A stretch of DNA of 64,000 nucleotides from Azolla caroliniana (GCA_043228905.1 JBHGNT010000001.1:11346001-11410000); one strand, 5' to 3'; positions 26,155 through 38,559 are shown, counted from the stretch's first letter. A program made the numbers and translations. The notes: generated from the letters alone by a model not told the origin.

Positions 26155-27165
26155 GGCAGCTATTTAGGATAGCTAATTAGCTACTTTACTAAACTATGGT
26201 AGAAGCTAGGATAGCTAATTAGCTAGTACGATAGCTAATTAGCTACTTTACTCAACTATGGTAGTAGCTAGGATAGCTAATTAGCTACTTTACTCAACTA
26301 TGGTAATAGCTACGATAGCTAATTAGCTACTTTACTAACTATGGTAGTAGCTAGGATAGCTAATTATCTACTATGGTAGCTAATTAGCTACTTTACTCAA
26401 CTATGGTAGTAGCTAGGATAGCTAATTAGCTACTTTACTCAACTATGGTAGTAGCTAGGATAGCTAATTAGCTACTAGGATAGCTAATTAGCTACTTTTC
26501 TCAACCATGGTAATAGCTAGGATAACTAATTAGCTACTTTACACAACTATGGCAGTAGCTAATTAGCTAGTAGGATAGCTAATTAGCTACTTTCTCAACT
26601 ATGTAGTAGCTAGGATAGGTTATTAGCTACTAGGATAGCTAATTAGCTGCCAGTAGCTAATTAGCTACTAGGATAGCTTATTAGCTACTTTACACAACTA
26701 TGGTAGTAGCTAATTAGCTAGTAGGATAGCTAATTAGCTACTAGGATAGCTAATTAGTTGCCAATAGCTAATTAGCTAGTAGGATAGCTAATTATCTTTT
26801 TTACACAACTATGGCACTAGCGAATTAGCTAGTACCATAGCTAATTAGCTAGTAGTTCATTAGCTACCAGTAGCTAATTAGCTAGTAGCTCATTAGCTAC
26901 CAGTAGCTAATTAGCTAGTAGGATAGCTAATTAGCTACTTTACACAACTATGGTACTAGCTAATTAGCTATGAGTAGCTAACTAGCTGCCACTTAGCTAA
27001 TTAACTACTGTAGTAAACTATGGCAGTAGCTAATTAGCTAATAGGATAGCTATTAGCTACTTTAATCAACTATGGTAGTAGCTAATTAGCTACAACGATA
27101 GCAGCAAAATAGTTTCCATACTTTTTACGGCTTAGCTAATTAGAAAAGACTAAGCTTATTAGCTA
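26155..27165. repeat. Second intronic array of the TAGCTAATTAGCTA palindrome with mixed ~20-bp and ~40-bp units
   Basis: Repeated GATAGCTAATTAGCTACTTTACTCAACTATGGTAGTAGCTA and variants. Confidence 0.93.
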
Positions 27166-27629
27166 CAGTATGGTATACCTGTTAGTTTTCTCCACTCATT
27201 TGGTAGAGTTGTACTGCAATCTCCCAAACAGAATGCAGCAATTCGACAGGCATGTTGAAAACAAAGCAGATGGTATGTGTGGTTGCATGGTCGTAGGTGA
27301 ACCAACAAAGACGCAGTTTTGTCCTCCACACCTAACCCGCAAGCGATTAATTATTCCTGTCTGAGAAAGTTACACCAACTTTGCTCAGGAATCGTGATGA
27401 ACTTTCTGGTGCAGCCTCATGCAGTCATCGTACTAGTCGGCTCGTACATGCTTCAGCTTGACCTTGCCTTTGACTCTAGGCATTGTATATATTGTCATCC
27501 AGTCTACATCACTGATCAATTTATCACTTTGGACAGCAGGGTCAACACCCTCGAGTGACAGACCATAGGTGTTGTGGAAGTCCTCCTTTGTCTCGCAAAA
27601 TTTCAGAAATAAAAAATAGTGCAAAATCA

Positions 27630-28090
27630 GAATATGTCAAAATCAGAAACCCCAATCAACAACAACAATAATAGCGCAAAATCTTTAACTTAGCAAATCA
27701 AAAACCCTAATCATAATTTGTATTTAGAAATTTGAAATCAGAAACCCTAATCAAATTCTGTAATCAGAAGTTTGTAACCAGAAACCCTATTCAGAAATTC
27801 TAATAAAAAATTTATAATCAAAAACCCTAATCAGAAATTTCAATCACAAACCCTAATCAGAAATTCTAAACAGAAATTTATAAACAAAAACCCTATTCAG
27901 AAATTCTAATCTGTAATCAAAATTTGTAACCAGAAACCCTATTCAGAAATTCTAATCAGAAATTTATAATAAAAAACCCTAATCAGAAATTTCAATCACA
28001 AACCCTAATCAGAAATTCTAATCAGAAATTCTAATCAGAAATTTATAAACAAAAACCCTAATCAGAAATTTCAATCAGAAACCCCAATCA
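27630..28090. repeat. Intronic ~13-bp degenerate repeat AATCAGAAACCCT/AATCAGAAATTCT, rich in telo-boxes
   Basis: Multiple AAACCCTA motifs interleaved with AATCAGAAATT. Confidence 0.85.
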
Positions 28091-28983
28091 TCACTAAAGA
28101 CAGGATTAAACACAAAAAAAGTAATATAAACACACCTGCTGCTACTCCTAGATCTGCGAGACATCCTTGTATGGGACTCCAAGGACTTCGCCCTATTCGA
28201 TTTTGTGGAAATATGAATCGGCACCAAAGTTTAGACAGTAGTCAAAAAGAAAAAACAAATGTTTGGGGTTTCTGTAACTGAAACATACCTCAACGATGAT
28301 CGAGCGGGTTTTGTGTTGTAGCTCTCAATCTACAATGTCGATTTTCTGCTGCTGCGGGAGCTACATCTGCATTCGTGCTCTGAGTACTCCATCTGCGTTC
28401 AATATCAAACTTAGGCTAAACAAGAAATTGATGACATTGAAGTCGACCTTAGATGATGGTGCTATTCCCCAAGTTCCACTACGTCTGAAACAGAAGTTCA
28501 AATATTTGAGTTTTTTCATAAATTAGTTTTTCAAATATTTGATTTTCCCACAAAAAAGACTAGCTAAACAAATAGCTAATTAGATATGGCCATTTTAGTA
28601 GCTAATTAGCTATAATAGTGTTTACACTCGCATGCTTTTACCCATTTATGTTTTATTATAGAAAATTGATGTATATTCTAGATTTCTCTAGAACATTCTA
28701 GAAACTTCAAGAGTATTCCTGAGAACACTAAAAGGAGGCACAAGGCATTATTTCGAACCAAATCGGTTCAACGCCAGTCTTAAGCCTCCTAGCTACTATT
28801 GTATACTCTCTTCACATAATATATATCTTTTATCATCATTCTCTCACCCTTTCTCTCTCTATCTCTCTCTCTCTCTCACACTCACTCTTTCCTTCTCTCA
28901 AGAGTTCTACACCTCTCTTAGTACTAATCCTCATCTTTTAGTACTAATTCCTTCTCTATCTTAGTACTAATCCTAACAGCTAC

Positions 28984-30151
28984 CCAATGTGAAATCCGAT
29001 GCGTCTACTTCCATGATGAATGGTTTTTCCGAATCAACGTGAGCTAGAATAGGAGCCGATGTAAATGCCTTCTTAAGATTCTCAAAAGCTATGTCCACTT
29101 CTTCAGACCAAAAGAACGATTGTCCCTTCTCAGTAAGTTGTGTGAGAGGCAGAACCAGCTTTGAGTAATCATGTATAAACTTGCGGTAGAAATTGGCAAA
29201 GCCTAAAAAGAATTGCAAATCTCGCAACAAACGCCGAGTTTGCCACTCTACCACCATTTTGACTTTAGCTGGATCCATGCAGATGCCTTCCGAGGAGATG
29301 ACATGGCCCAGAAATTCCACTTGGTTGCACCTGAAACTAAATTTTTCCAGTTTTGCATAAAGACCATGTTCTTGAAGTTGTTTTAGTACTAACAGTACAT
29401 GAGAATCATGCTCTTCTTGGGTCTTCGAATAAACCAGTAGATCATCCAAATAGATGATCAAACAAACATCCAAGAGATCTCAGAATATATCATTTGCCAT
29501 GTGCTGGAAGACTGGTGGCGCATTAGTGCGGCCGAACGACATGACCGTATACTCGAAGTGCCCATATATGGTGCGAAACGCAGTCTCCCATTCATCTCCT
29601 GGTCGGATTCGTACGAGGTTATATGCTCCTTGTAAGTCGATCTTCATGAAGAACCTTACACCATTGATCCGTTCTAAAAGACTTGAGATAACGGGAAGTG
29701 CATACCTATTTCTGATGATGACCTTATTCAAGCCCTGGTAATCTACAATGAGACGAAGTGATCCATCCTTTTCCTTGACGAAGAAAATGGGTGCGCCGCT
29801 GGAGATTTCAAATGCCGAATTAAACCATTTTCCAAATTCTCCTCTATATAGGCTCGAAGGACTTCTATCTCAGTTGGTGACAAATTGTAGATTGATCCCC
29901 AAGGTGGCTCTTTTCCTAGTTGTAAATCGATGGGGCAATCATACGGTCGATGGTGAGGAAGTGTATTGGCTTGTACTTTATCAAACACATTGGTATAATG
30001 ATGATACTTCTTTGGAAGTTGAATAGTGGACTCCTCGTTAGTGGTGTCAAAGGGTTTTACTGATATTGCAAAGAGAAACATTTCTTCTTTGCATTCTTCT
30101 TCCCACAACTAATGTAGCGAAATGGTTGCAATCTAATGAGTATATCCTCGG
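28984..30151 (-). pseudogene. pol: B pol: RT and RNase H N-part
   Basis: [42 protein letters not shown]. Confidence 0.9.
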
Positions 30152-30362
30152 GCTTGTGTCATAGACACGATAAAATGTAGGGGGTTGAACCCATGACCTC
30201 TTGGTCTTATTGGGCAACCTTACCAATTGAGCTACATTCCATCTATGCATTACTGTATTGTATCAGTTTCAACTTATTACATTGTAAGTTAATCACTAGA
30301 ACTTTCAAGAAACTTCTAGAGAATGCATAGACACCGAAGTCACTGTCCCGTTGGTATTTCAA

Positions 30363-31000
30363 GTTGGGTTCCACCAGGAGATATTAACATTCTACCTCAT
30401 TGCAACTCCTCTTCATCCGATTTTTTTAGGGCTCTTCTGGGTGGAAACACACAATTCGATGGTGGGTTGGTGTAGCCGTTGTCGTGAAAATTTTCGGCAA
30501 GAGTGTGAAAATCGTGTGGAACGAGGGAAATCGAGAAGGTGCAATGTGCACACGTATGAAAGGAGTGATGGTTAGACACGTATGTTAACACCTTAATGTG
30601 CACGTGTGATGTGTGTTTAGGTGTTCATTACACAAATATATAAAAAAAGCCTAACGCATACAATGAGGTGCAAGTAAAGGTGTTGGGTTCCACCAGGAGA
30701 TATTAACATTCTACCTCATTGCAACTCCTCTTCATCCGATTTTTTTAGGGCTCTTCTGGGTGGAAACACACAATTCGATGGTGGGTTGGTGTAGCCGTTG
30801 TCGTGAAAATTTTCGGCAAGAGTGTGAAAATCGTGTGGAACGAGGGAAATCGAGAAGGTGCAATGTGCACACGTATGAAAGGAGTGATGGTTAGACACGT
30901 ATGTTAACACCTTAATGTGCACGTGTGATGTGTGTTTAGGTGTTCATTACACAAATATATAAAAAAAGCCTAACGCATACAATGAGGTGCAAGTAAAGGT
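30363..31000 (+). repeat. 319-bp apparently identical tandem duplication across the H/G junction
   Basis: 30363-30681 matches 30682-31000; identical translated ORFs at 30397-30603 and 30716-30922. Confidence 0.92.
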
Positions 31001-31576
31001 TTGAACCTTACACCTCTAAGATAGGAGACAATTGCCAAACCATTAGACTAGGTTATTTCCTTTAAAATTATTTTCTTCATTGTACTTTTCACACGGACTG
31101 CTGGTACATGAGAGCTTGGATGAGGTACATGGTCATCATGCATCGCATGTGATGCATGAGCGCCAAATGGCAATCATGCATTTCATGCATTGTATGCATG
31201 TACTACACCCTCACATGCACATATGCATGCGGGCATCTATATAAGAAGGAGACGAAGGAAAGGAAATGAAGTAAGGTAAGCAATCAATAATAATTAATAA
31301 ATCTTAGTTATCTCATTGGCAATGTGTCTTGTATCTCAAATCTGAAGTCAAAAGTTCAAACGGGAATTCGTCCCATCCATATCAATCTATCTTTAATACT
31401 GCTCGCATGCGCTAGTCCTTCTGCCGTTCCATTGTCTTGAACAATCCTTTCGATCCTCCATCACCACTTGCGAATAGAGGCCGATGCTTGTCTGCGCACG
31501 TGTAACCCGCACATCTCGACGTTGGCACATGCATCACATGCTTCACGACATATTTGTTGTGCGGTAAATATTTTCT

Positions 31577-31614
<38 letters not shown>

Positions 31615-31773
31615 GTCAACCCACAAAAGCATCTTCGACAACAAAGGACGACTTGATGATAAACCTAAATGATTGTTTATTCCTTACAAGCACAAGTCAC
31701 CCGATTCATCTTCCTTGGTCAAAGACTCCGGTGGTCCCGTTCGACCGACCCGCAAGCGCGGATTTCTGCGACA
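30799..31773 (+). repeat. 5' LTR of G
   Basis: TGTCGTGAAAA...GCGACA; has ~175 bp more sequence (~31490-31685) than the 3' LTR. Confidence 0.85.
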
Positions 31774-32732
31774 TCTATTTGGTGACCCCCGTGAAGAACG
31801 GAAAGGGAGGATGGCCAGAACTTCAAGTGCTAGAGACTCTAATGAAAGTCTAGCACAAGAAATGGCGAGGATGATGGACCAAATGCTTCAGGAGAGAGAC
31901 AACGTCGAAGGCCTTGACGTTGCCATTGACAGGATCGTGGATACCAACAGATGCTTTGATGGTAGAGATATGACACGATACCTTGAAACCTACAAAACAG
32001 AAATGCGAAAAAAGGGTATTTCTATAGCAAGACAAGTGGCAAGCTTCTCAAGGATTGTAACTTCGAGTCTTTACCCCCGGATCCTAGAGCTACAAGAGGC
32101 CAATCCTAAATGGTCATCTTTCGAACGAAGTTTACTTGAAGAATATGGGTTTGGTGACTCATCTCGAATGACGAAGAAATATTTAATGGATTGGGTGGAG
32201 TCTTCTAACAAAGAGTTGAGTGCGACTGCGACGTTCCACGAGTTCGAACAAAGATTTGATCGTCTTCTTGCACTTGACAAAATGATTCTCGATTCTAGCA
32301 AGGTGCTCCTATTTATCAAATCAGTAGATGAGAAAGATCGAAGAGATCTTGAACTACTACTAGAAAACGATGAAGGCCTCATTTCTGATTGGGCATCAGT
32401 GAAGAGAGCATGTGGACATTTTGATAAGCGTCGTCAATGGGGCAATTAGACAAGATCGAGTGTTGCAACTCAGATTGGTCGGCAAGATCACAACACGAGA
32501 CAAGAATCACAAGCCCAAAGACCAAGGGATGATGAAGTGGCCAGAATGGATGAACTGGTAGACATGCTTCGAGAGATGAGAATTTCTCAAATTAGAAAGG
32601 AAGAAACTCAAAGTTTTCTGGGTCGTCACTTGGATTTTCCCCGTAGGTGTATTTGGTGTCACTCCTTGGAACACCAACGAAGAGATTGCTCAAAATTCCA
32701 AAATGCCCTCCGACGAGATATCATTTATCTCT

Positions 32733-33795
32733 TGTTAACTCTTAGGGCCGGACAATGGCCTAACACAGGGTGTCTACAGAAGACACTTCACCAAAGGGGT
32801 GTTACGGCAAGAGGATTAGGCTCAATGATTAATCCGACTTAATTAGGTCACTTAGTAAGATTGTCCTTAATAATCACACGCGTAAGATATAACAATGAAT
32901 GCAGAACGGCAATTAACACAGAGAAATAAAAACACTAAGCTTCATTAATTATCTGCTCAACATTACATTGTATCCGGGCCTTTAAATAGGTTTCCGGTTT
33001 CGGTGCCATCCGCACCTGTTCGGGATCGGTTCGGATCCAGAATGGCATACCGATTCTAGTCCGTCCGTCCACACTAATAGCTCACTTATAACCATTCCTT
33101 AATAATTAAATAACTCCTTTGTTTCACACTCTGGACTCCTTTGCCGGCCGGTAACACATGGCACGCCCGTGGGACAGTACCTTGTACGTCGAATCCACCA
33201 TCCGACCCTTGCTATTCTTCGTCCAAAATATCCAGAATGCTTTGTTCAAGAGTCTCCAATGGTTCATCTGGAATTGGTTGTTGTTGTTGTTGTTGTGGTT
33301 GTTGTTGTTGTTGTTGCTGCTCCGTTCATGACTGTTGCGACTGGTCCGTTGGTGGCTGTTGCGGCTGCTCCTCCGTTTGTTGCTCTGACACCGGCGTTTC
33401 CGTCGTTGCTCCCTCCGTCGTAGTGGTCTCCGGTTGACTGGTTCTGGCCTAGCCCTCGTCCGGCGACGGTTCCTCATCACTAAGGTTAACCGTTGCCGCT
33501 TCCCGTGCTTTTTCTTCCCGAACCCGGGACCGCTCGTAGCTCTCAAACTGGATTTGAGCGTCCAGCCTATCATTGTCTAGCTGAGCTACGAGTTGCCGGA
33601 TCTGCACCAGCTATTCATCCGCCAGGACTTGGAAGTCTTCAGCCAGCTCGTCCCGTATGGTGGTGAAGTCCTCAGAAGTCAACGTGTAACAATCATCTCC
33701 TTCCTTCCGCCGGTTTTCCACGTCTGCCCATAGCAATTGGAGTTCCGCTGTATTTTGTGCCCACTTTGTCCACCATCTTACGGAGCTTTCGTCAA
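32733..33795 (-). mobile_element. Element I: truncated LTR-element end carrying an unknown ORF; related to J
   Basis: Starts TGTTAAC; host gag resumes at ~33796 (HSSVTQCPLNTNF); minus-strand TATA near 32985; shares the CACRTGGCACGCCYGTGGGACA block and ORF motifs with J; no TSD found. Confidence 0.7.
33212..33795 (-). pseudogene. Unknown accessory ORF of I (C-terminal part)
   Basis: One frame through in-frame stops: WTKWAQNTAELQLLWADVENRRKEG...poly-Q...EQSILDILDEE*. Confidence 0.7.
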
Positions 33796-34946
33796 CACTC
33801 CTCGGTGACACAATGCCCTCTCAATACCAACTTCGGCCGAGGAGGTATGAAGAAGTTGATGGAGGAAATGGAAGAAAATAAAGTGAATAGTGTTTACTAT
33901 TCCTCATTTGCCGGAATTTGAGCTGGACACGAGATGAGAGCCCAAGAATCTCAAGCAGTAGAATTTTGGCCAATCATATTGAATCAAGTCGGAAAAGGGA
34001 AGCTCTGCATGAACGAGGCACTCAAAACAGAATGAAGAGTCCAAGCAATAACGGGATGGGAGGACCCTGTGGAGGAGATTTCTAGCTTCGTCGAGGCCAT
34101 GTGTCAAAACTACGACATCCTAGTTGAAGAGAAACGAAAAAGACCAGATGACAAATCAGGTCCTTCAAAGAAACATGACACAAGAGAAGTTGTTCGAAGA
34201 AGGGAGGAATCATCACCACCCCAAATGATAACCGAAAGAGGAAAGGAAAGAATCGGACCAACCTTCAAACTACGCTCGAAGATAGACCAATCCACCGACC
34301 TTAAGCATGTGATGGAAGAAAGAATCCTGGATAGCTGAATCGAGTTCACACTACGAGAGGTCTTAGGAATTGCTAAGAAAGAATTTCATGATGTCATCAT
34401 TGACTTAATAAAAAGGAAGAGACTAATGACAAGTGAAGAAGGGACTAGACCGGCAAATGTCTCCACGAGCGCTATCACAACGTAAGGTCTCGAAATTGAA
34501 CAAGAATTTGCCGATAGCCATTTTGCAAGGCCACATTGGGCTAGGGCCACTACCGAGACACCGGTGTGGATGGGAGATTTGAAAGATTCGGTGGTGGCGC
34601 TCATTGATCATGGCTCGGAGATCTGGCCCATTATTACTAGGCATGGGTGGAAGATTCGAGCAGCAACTAGGGCGATGGAAGAGCTTCATGGGACCTGCCC
34701 TAACGTTAAGGTAACTATTGGTGATGTTGAGCATGATCAACACTTTTTTGTACAGGAATCGGCGTCCCATCCTGTCATCCTTGGCGAGCCTTACATAACA
34801 ACATCCCGAATGGAGACAAAAGTACTTGATAATGGTTCAGCATATGCGCGGATACGAAGTCAAGATGGGACAAGCTCAGTTCAATTCCTCACCGTATGAG
34901 TGAACCATGAAAGAAATAGGCATAGCTTAGGGAAAGAAGTTAGGGA

Positions 34947-37900
34947 GGATTTTTAATTCGGGCTATTAGGGAGAGGGACAACAATAGTCCGGGACATCTA
35001 ACTATGTCCCCAATTCAGTGTAATAAAAGTTGTCACCCCATTAATGAAAATTAAGTCTTGTTTTCTGAAAATGGGATGTGTAAATTTAACAACATAAATA
35101 GGGGAGATATTAAAATAGGAATCCTAGAGGAACAACTTAGAGAAATCGGGATTATGAGTGAGGAAGAGGCAATAAACAGGTACATGGAGATGATATCATT
35201 TGATGATACTCTTGGGGAAATGGAGAAAGTCATCAAATCGAAACTGCAAGTCAACAAAAGGATTCCAATCAACTCTGTCGCCTTGTACACCGCCATCGAC
35301 GAATATGAACAAGGTGTCACGACGAATGAAGTCGAAGTTAATGCCAAATATAAGACTGTGGATAAGCAGGTAAACGTGTGGCTTCTCCCTTGCATGAAGA
35401 CAGTTGGCATCGAATAAAGGAGGTAGCACGAGATCCGTGCCTTAGAGACTCGAAAGGAGTAGGGCATGTGTTCACCGACGAAACTCGACGAAAGCTCAAA
35501 GTTGGTGGGGGTGAGTTTTTCCTTCCCAAAGAAGAGTCCAAGTTCCAGGAAATGTTGGAGCAACACGGGAAAGCATTTGCCTTTTCCCCACAAGAAATTG
35601 GATGTGTTGACCCAACACTTGTGGAACCAATGGTTATCTTTACAATACCCCATGTGTCATGGAACTTGAAGCCAATTCCCGTTCCAAGAGCTGACATTCC
35701 AAGATTGTTGGAGTTGTTAAAAGAAAAGATTAGAATGGGAATCCTTGAGCCATCTAATGCGCCTTATTCAAATAGGTGGTTCACAGTGCTGAAAAAAATG
35801 GAGCACTTCCATTTATCCAAGATCTACAACCGGTAAACAAGGTCACCATTCGTAATGTTGGTATTGGACCTAGTGTTGATGAGTTTGCTGAAGCTTTTGC
35901 AGGAAGGTCAATTTACTCGATTGGAGACTTGTATTCTGGATACGATCAATTTCAATTGTCTTTGGATAGTCGAGACATCACAACGATGCGGACTCCCATC
36001 GGGCTAGTAAGGATGTATACATTACCACAATGGGTAACTAACTCAGTGGCCCACATGATGAATGCCATGAACAAAGTACTAAGAGACTGCATTCCAAATA
36101 TTACGATGCCTTTCCTCGATGATATCCCTATAAAGGGTGCCCCGAATCAGAGAAGGACGAGTCTTTAGATCAAGATGGATGTCGAAGATTTGTCTCAAAC
36201 CATATTAAAGACTATGGAAGAGTACTAGAAAGACTAGAAGATGCAGGGCTCACATTCTCTGGAGAAAAATTAGGATTTGGCCAACGTGAGATCCTAGTAG
36301 TGGGACATCTTTGTGGACCATACGGACGAAAACCCTCTCCCGAGAAGGTGAATGTTATTCAAGAGATGTGAGAGGAATGTGGAACGCAGAGATAGGTTCG
36401 AAGATTCTTAGGAGCATGTGCGTTCTACCACATTTGGATTCCGCACTATGCTCATGTGGCCGAACCCTTGTATAGCTTACTAAAAAAAGGGAGAAAATTC
36501 AAATGGGAACCGATACACATAGAGGCGATGAAGAGGTTAAAAGGGCTACTGGTGGCAGCACTAGCTTTAAGGAAAGCCATCTACAAAGAAGGGATGCCCA
36601 TCTACGTCACAGTAGATACAAGTCCAACGGGACTTGGATGGGTCATCAACCAAGAAGGAGAAGATAGTGTACGGTACGCCATCCGGTTTGGAGCAAAGGT
36701 TCTTAGCGAACGACAACGAGGATATGCCCAAGTGGGAACTTTGGGTATCGTGTCTGTAGTAAAAGTAGACAAGGACTACCTGATCGGGTCAGAGGTGGTA
36801 ATTGAAACGGATTGCCTCCCAATCCTTGGGATGATCTCTGAATGTGCGACACTAGATCTGGCTATGTTAAGGTGGATCGCTTATATCAAGTCTTTGAACC
36901 CGGCGATCCGCCATATTGCTGGGAAGAACAATCCCATGGCTGACATGCTATCAAGAGCAAGATTCAAGGATGAAAGTGACATGGTTTCAGAAGATGAAAA
37001 CGTCGCCCTCGACTTCTTCAAGGCAACCCAACTGTCGGCAAAAGACAAAGGCACACCAACCCTCCACGTTGTCAATGAGAACGAGTATGAAGGGGAGTGG
37101 TTACTAATCGGCAGATTCTTAAGAACGATGATGGCAGATGCTTCATGGACGAAGGAGGAAGCTCTACAAATACGAGAGAAAACTTACCAGTACTTTCTAA
37201 AGGGAGTATTCCTCTGGCGGCATCCAAAGAGAAGGACAGGGATGCCACAATGAGTAGTGGTGAAGAAAGATGACCAAACAACGTTGATGTCTGAATTCCA
37301 CGAAAGTCCATGGGCAGGTCATAGAGGAACGTGGGCAACGTTTGAAAAGCTAAAAGAGAAGTATTGGTGGCCGAGCATGTATAAAGATGTACTACATTTC
37401 GTGTCCACATGCGAAAGTTGTCAAGTACATTCGAATGTACGTCACTGTGATGGGTTGCGACCAACATACCCACTCACCATACACTTTAAATGGATGGTGG
37501 ATCTGGTCTCGATCCCAATGGGAGTGGGATAGATGAAGTACTTGGTACTAGTGAGGGAAGACTTGACAAACCAGGTAGAAGGACGAACCTTAGCAAATAA
37601 GACGACGACGGCCGTATGCAAATTTCTACTCGAAGAGGTCGTCTGCCGCTACGGATGTGTGGGAAAGATAGTGGCCAACCGAGGAGAGTTGGATGCACAC
37701 GAAGCAATGGAGCTCTTCGAGCGACTATAGGCGTAAACCTCTCCCTCGCAACTGCCTATAATCCGGAATCAAATGGGAAGATAGAGTGAGGGCATGTGCC
37801 GATAGTCAAAGCCATCGTACGAGCATGCGATGGTCGAGTTGGAAATTGGCTGCGATTATTGCCCTATCCATTGTGGGCCGATAGAACTACACACAGTTCC

Positions 37901-38559
37901 GTGACAGGCTATATGCCAGTAGAGCTCATGTATGGACAGAAACCAGTAATGCCCATCAAGAGGACAATCGCCTCATGGGTAGCAATACCATGGGAAAATG
38001 AGATGAGCCGGGAAGAATTATTGGCGGTACAAATAAGGCAACTCGAAAGAAGACCTGAAGACCTAGAGAACGCACGACGGATAATGGAGACAGCCTGAGT
38101 GAAGAATAAGAATTATTGGCGGTACAAATAAGGCAACTCGAAAGAAGACCTGAAGACCTAGAGAACGCGCGAAGGATAATGGAGACAGCCCGAGTGAAGA
38201 ATAAGATTTGGTTTGATAAGACACACCGACTACGTCCCAAGAAGATCGAAGAAGGAGATTGGGTATTGGTCTATGACAACATCCTAGACAACCAACATAG
38301 GATGACAAGGAAGTTCGCAAGAAGGTGGTTCGGACCATATGTGGTGATGAGTGCCAACAACAATGCCACCTATCACCTCGCGGATCTAGACGGATCAAGG
38401 CTGGCCATACCCATTGCGGGGAAAAGAATAAAGATATTCGAGAAAAGACAAGATGAGGGTCCTAACCTAGATGACATCAACAATGAAGATAGTATGACAG
38501 GACCCACAAATGTGAGTGAGGTAGATGAGGACATGGAGGAAATTGGTCGATCACCATAG
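34947..38559 (+). pseudogene. pol: G pol (RT, RNase H, integrase) in the -1 frame
   Basis: YKTVDKQV, DLYSGYDQ, PFLDD, VTVDTSPTG, ETDCLPI, HESPWAGHRG, WFGPYVV; no chromodomain; 95-bp duplication at 38013-38205. Confidence 0.88.

Larger units (their letters stand above)
24470..28165 (-). pseudogene. Sola2 second gene: multi-exon, RING-like zinc finger plus FCP1/NIF-like HAD domain with a degenerate active site
   Basis: Exon ~27178-27580 contains LRPCNHTYHLLC...CLGDC, donor AG|GTATAC at ~27178; exon 25607-26140 is acidic; exon 24537-25360 contains RRALILELDKVL...FLEWAVEYFDLFIWS...YNADNTLILD. Exon boundaries are approximate. Confidence 0.65.
19986..28643 (+). mobile_element. Sola2-type DNA transposon (8.66 kb) with two convergent genes
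   Basis: 25-bp imperfect TIRs GGGTGAAAGCATGAGAGTGGAAACA / TGTTTACACTCGCATGCTTTTACCC; 4-bp TSD ATTT (19982-19985/28644-28647); GRG termini; DDD transposase motifs. Confidence 0.85.
3359..28978 (+). mobile_element. Element C: chromovirus of the same family as B, inserted antisense into B RNase H
   Basis: TSD GCTAC (3354-3358/28979-28983); 5' LTR 3359-3792; PPT 19875-19889; 3' LTR split into 19890-19985 and 28644-28978. Confidence 0.93.
19890..28978 (+). repeat. 3' LTR of C, split by the Sola2 insertion (19890-19985 and 28644-28978)
   Basis: The two halves joined at ATTT reconstitute the 5' LTR sequence TTTTCATTTATATTTTATT. Confidence 0.9.
31811..34956 (+). pseudogene. gag: G gag-protease ORF (decayed; interrupted by I)
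   Basis: FDGRDMTRYL; zinc knuckle CIWCHSLEHQRRDC; TNFGRGGM; DUF4100-like PTFKLRSKID...TLREVLG; protease LIDHGSEI...VILGEPY. Confidence 0.82.

Noticed and set aside
30170-30241. Bona fide tRNA genes in the LTRs
   Set aside because: Anticodon and D arms do not pair and no anticodon can be assigned; kept only as tRNA-like cassettes.
31501-31688. Tiny TG...CA solo LTR/TRIM inside the G 5' LTR
   Set aside because: No TSD, and the apparent TACA end is also present in the 3' LTR; better explained as an indel between the LTRs.
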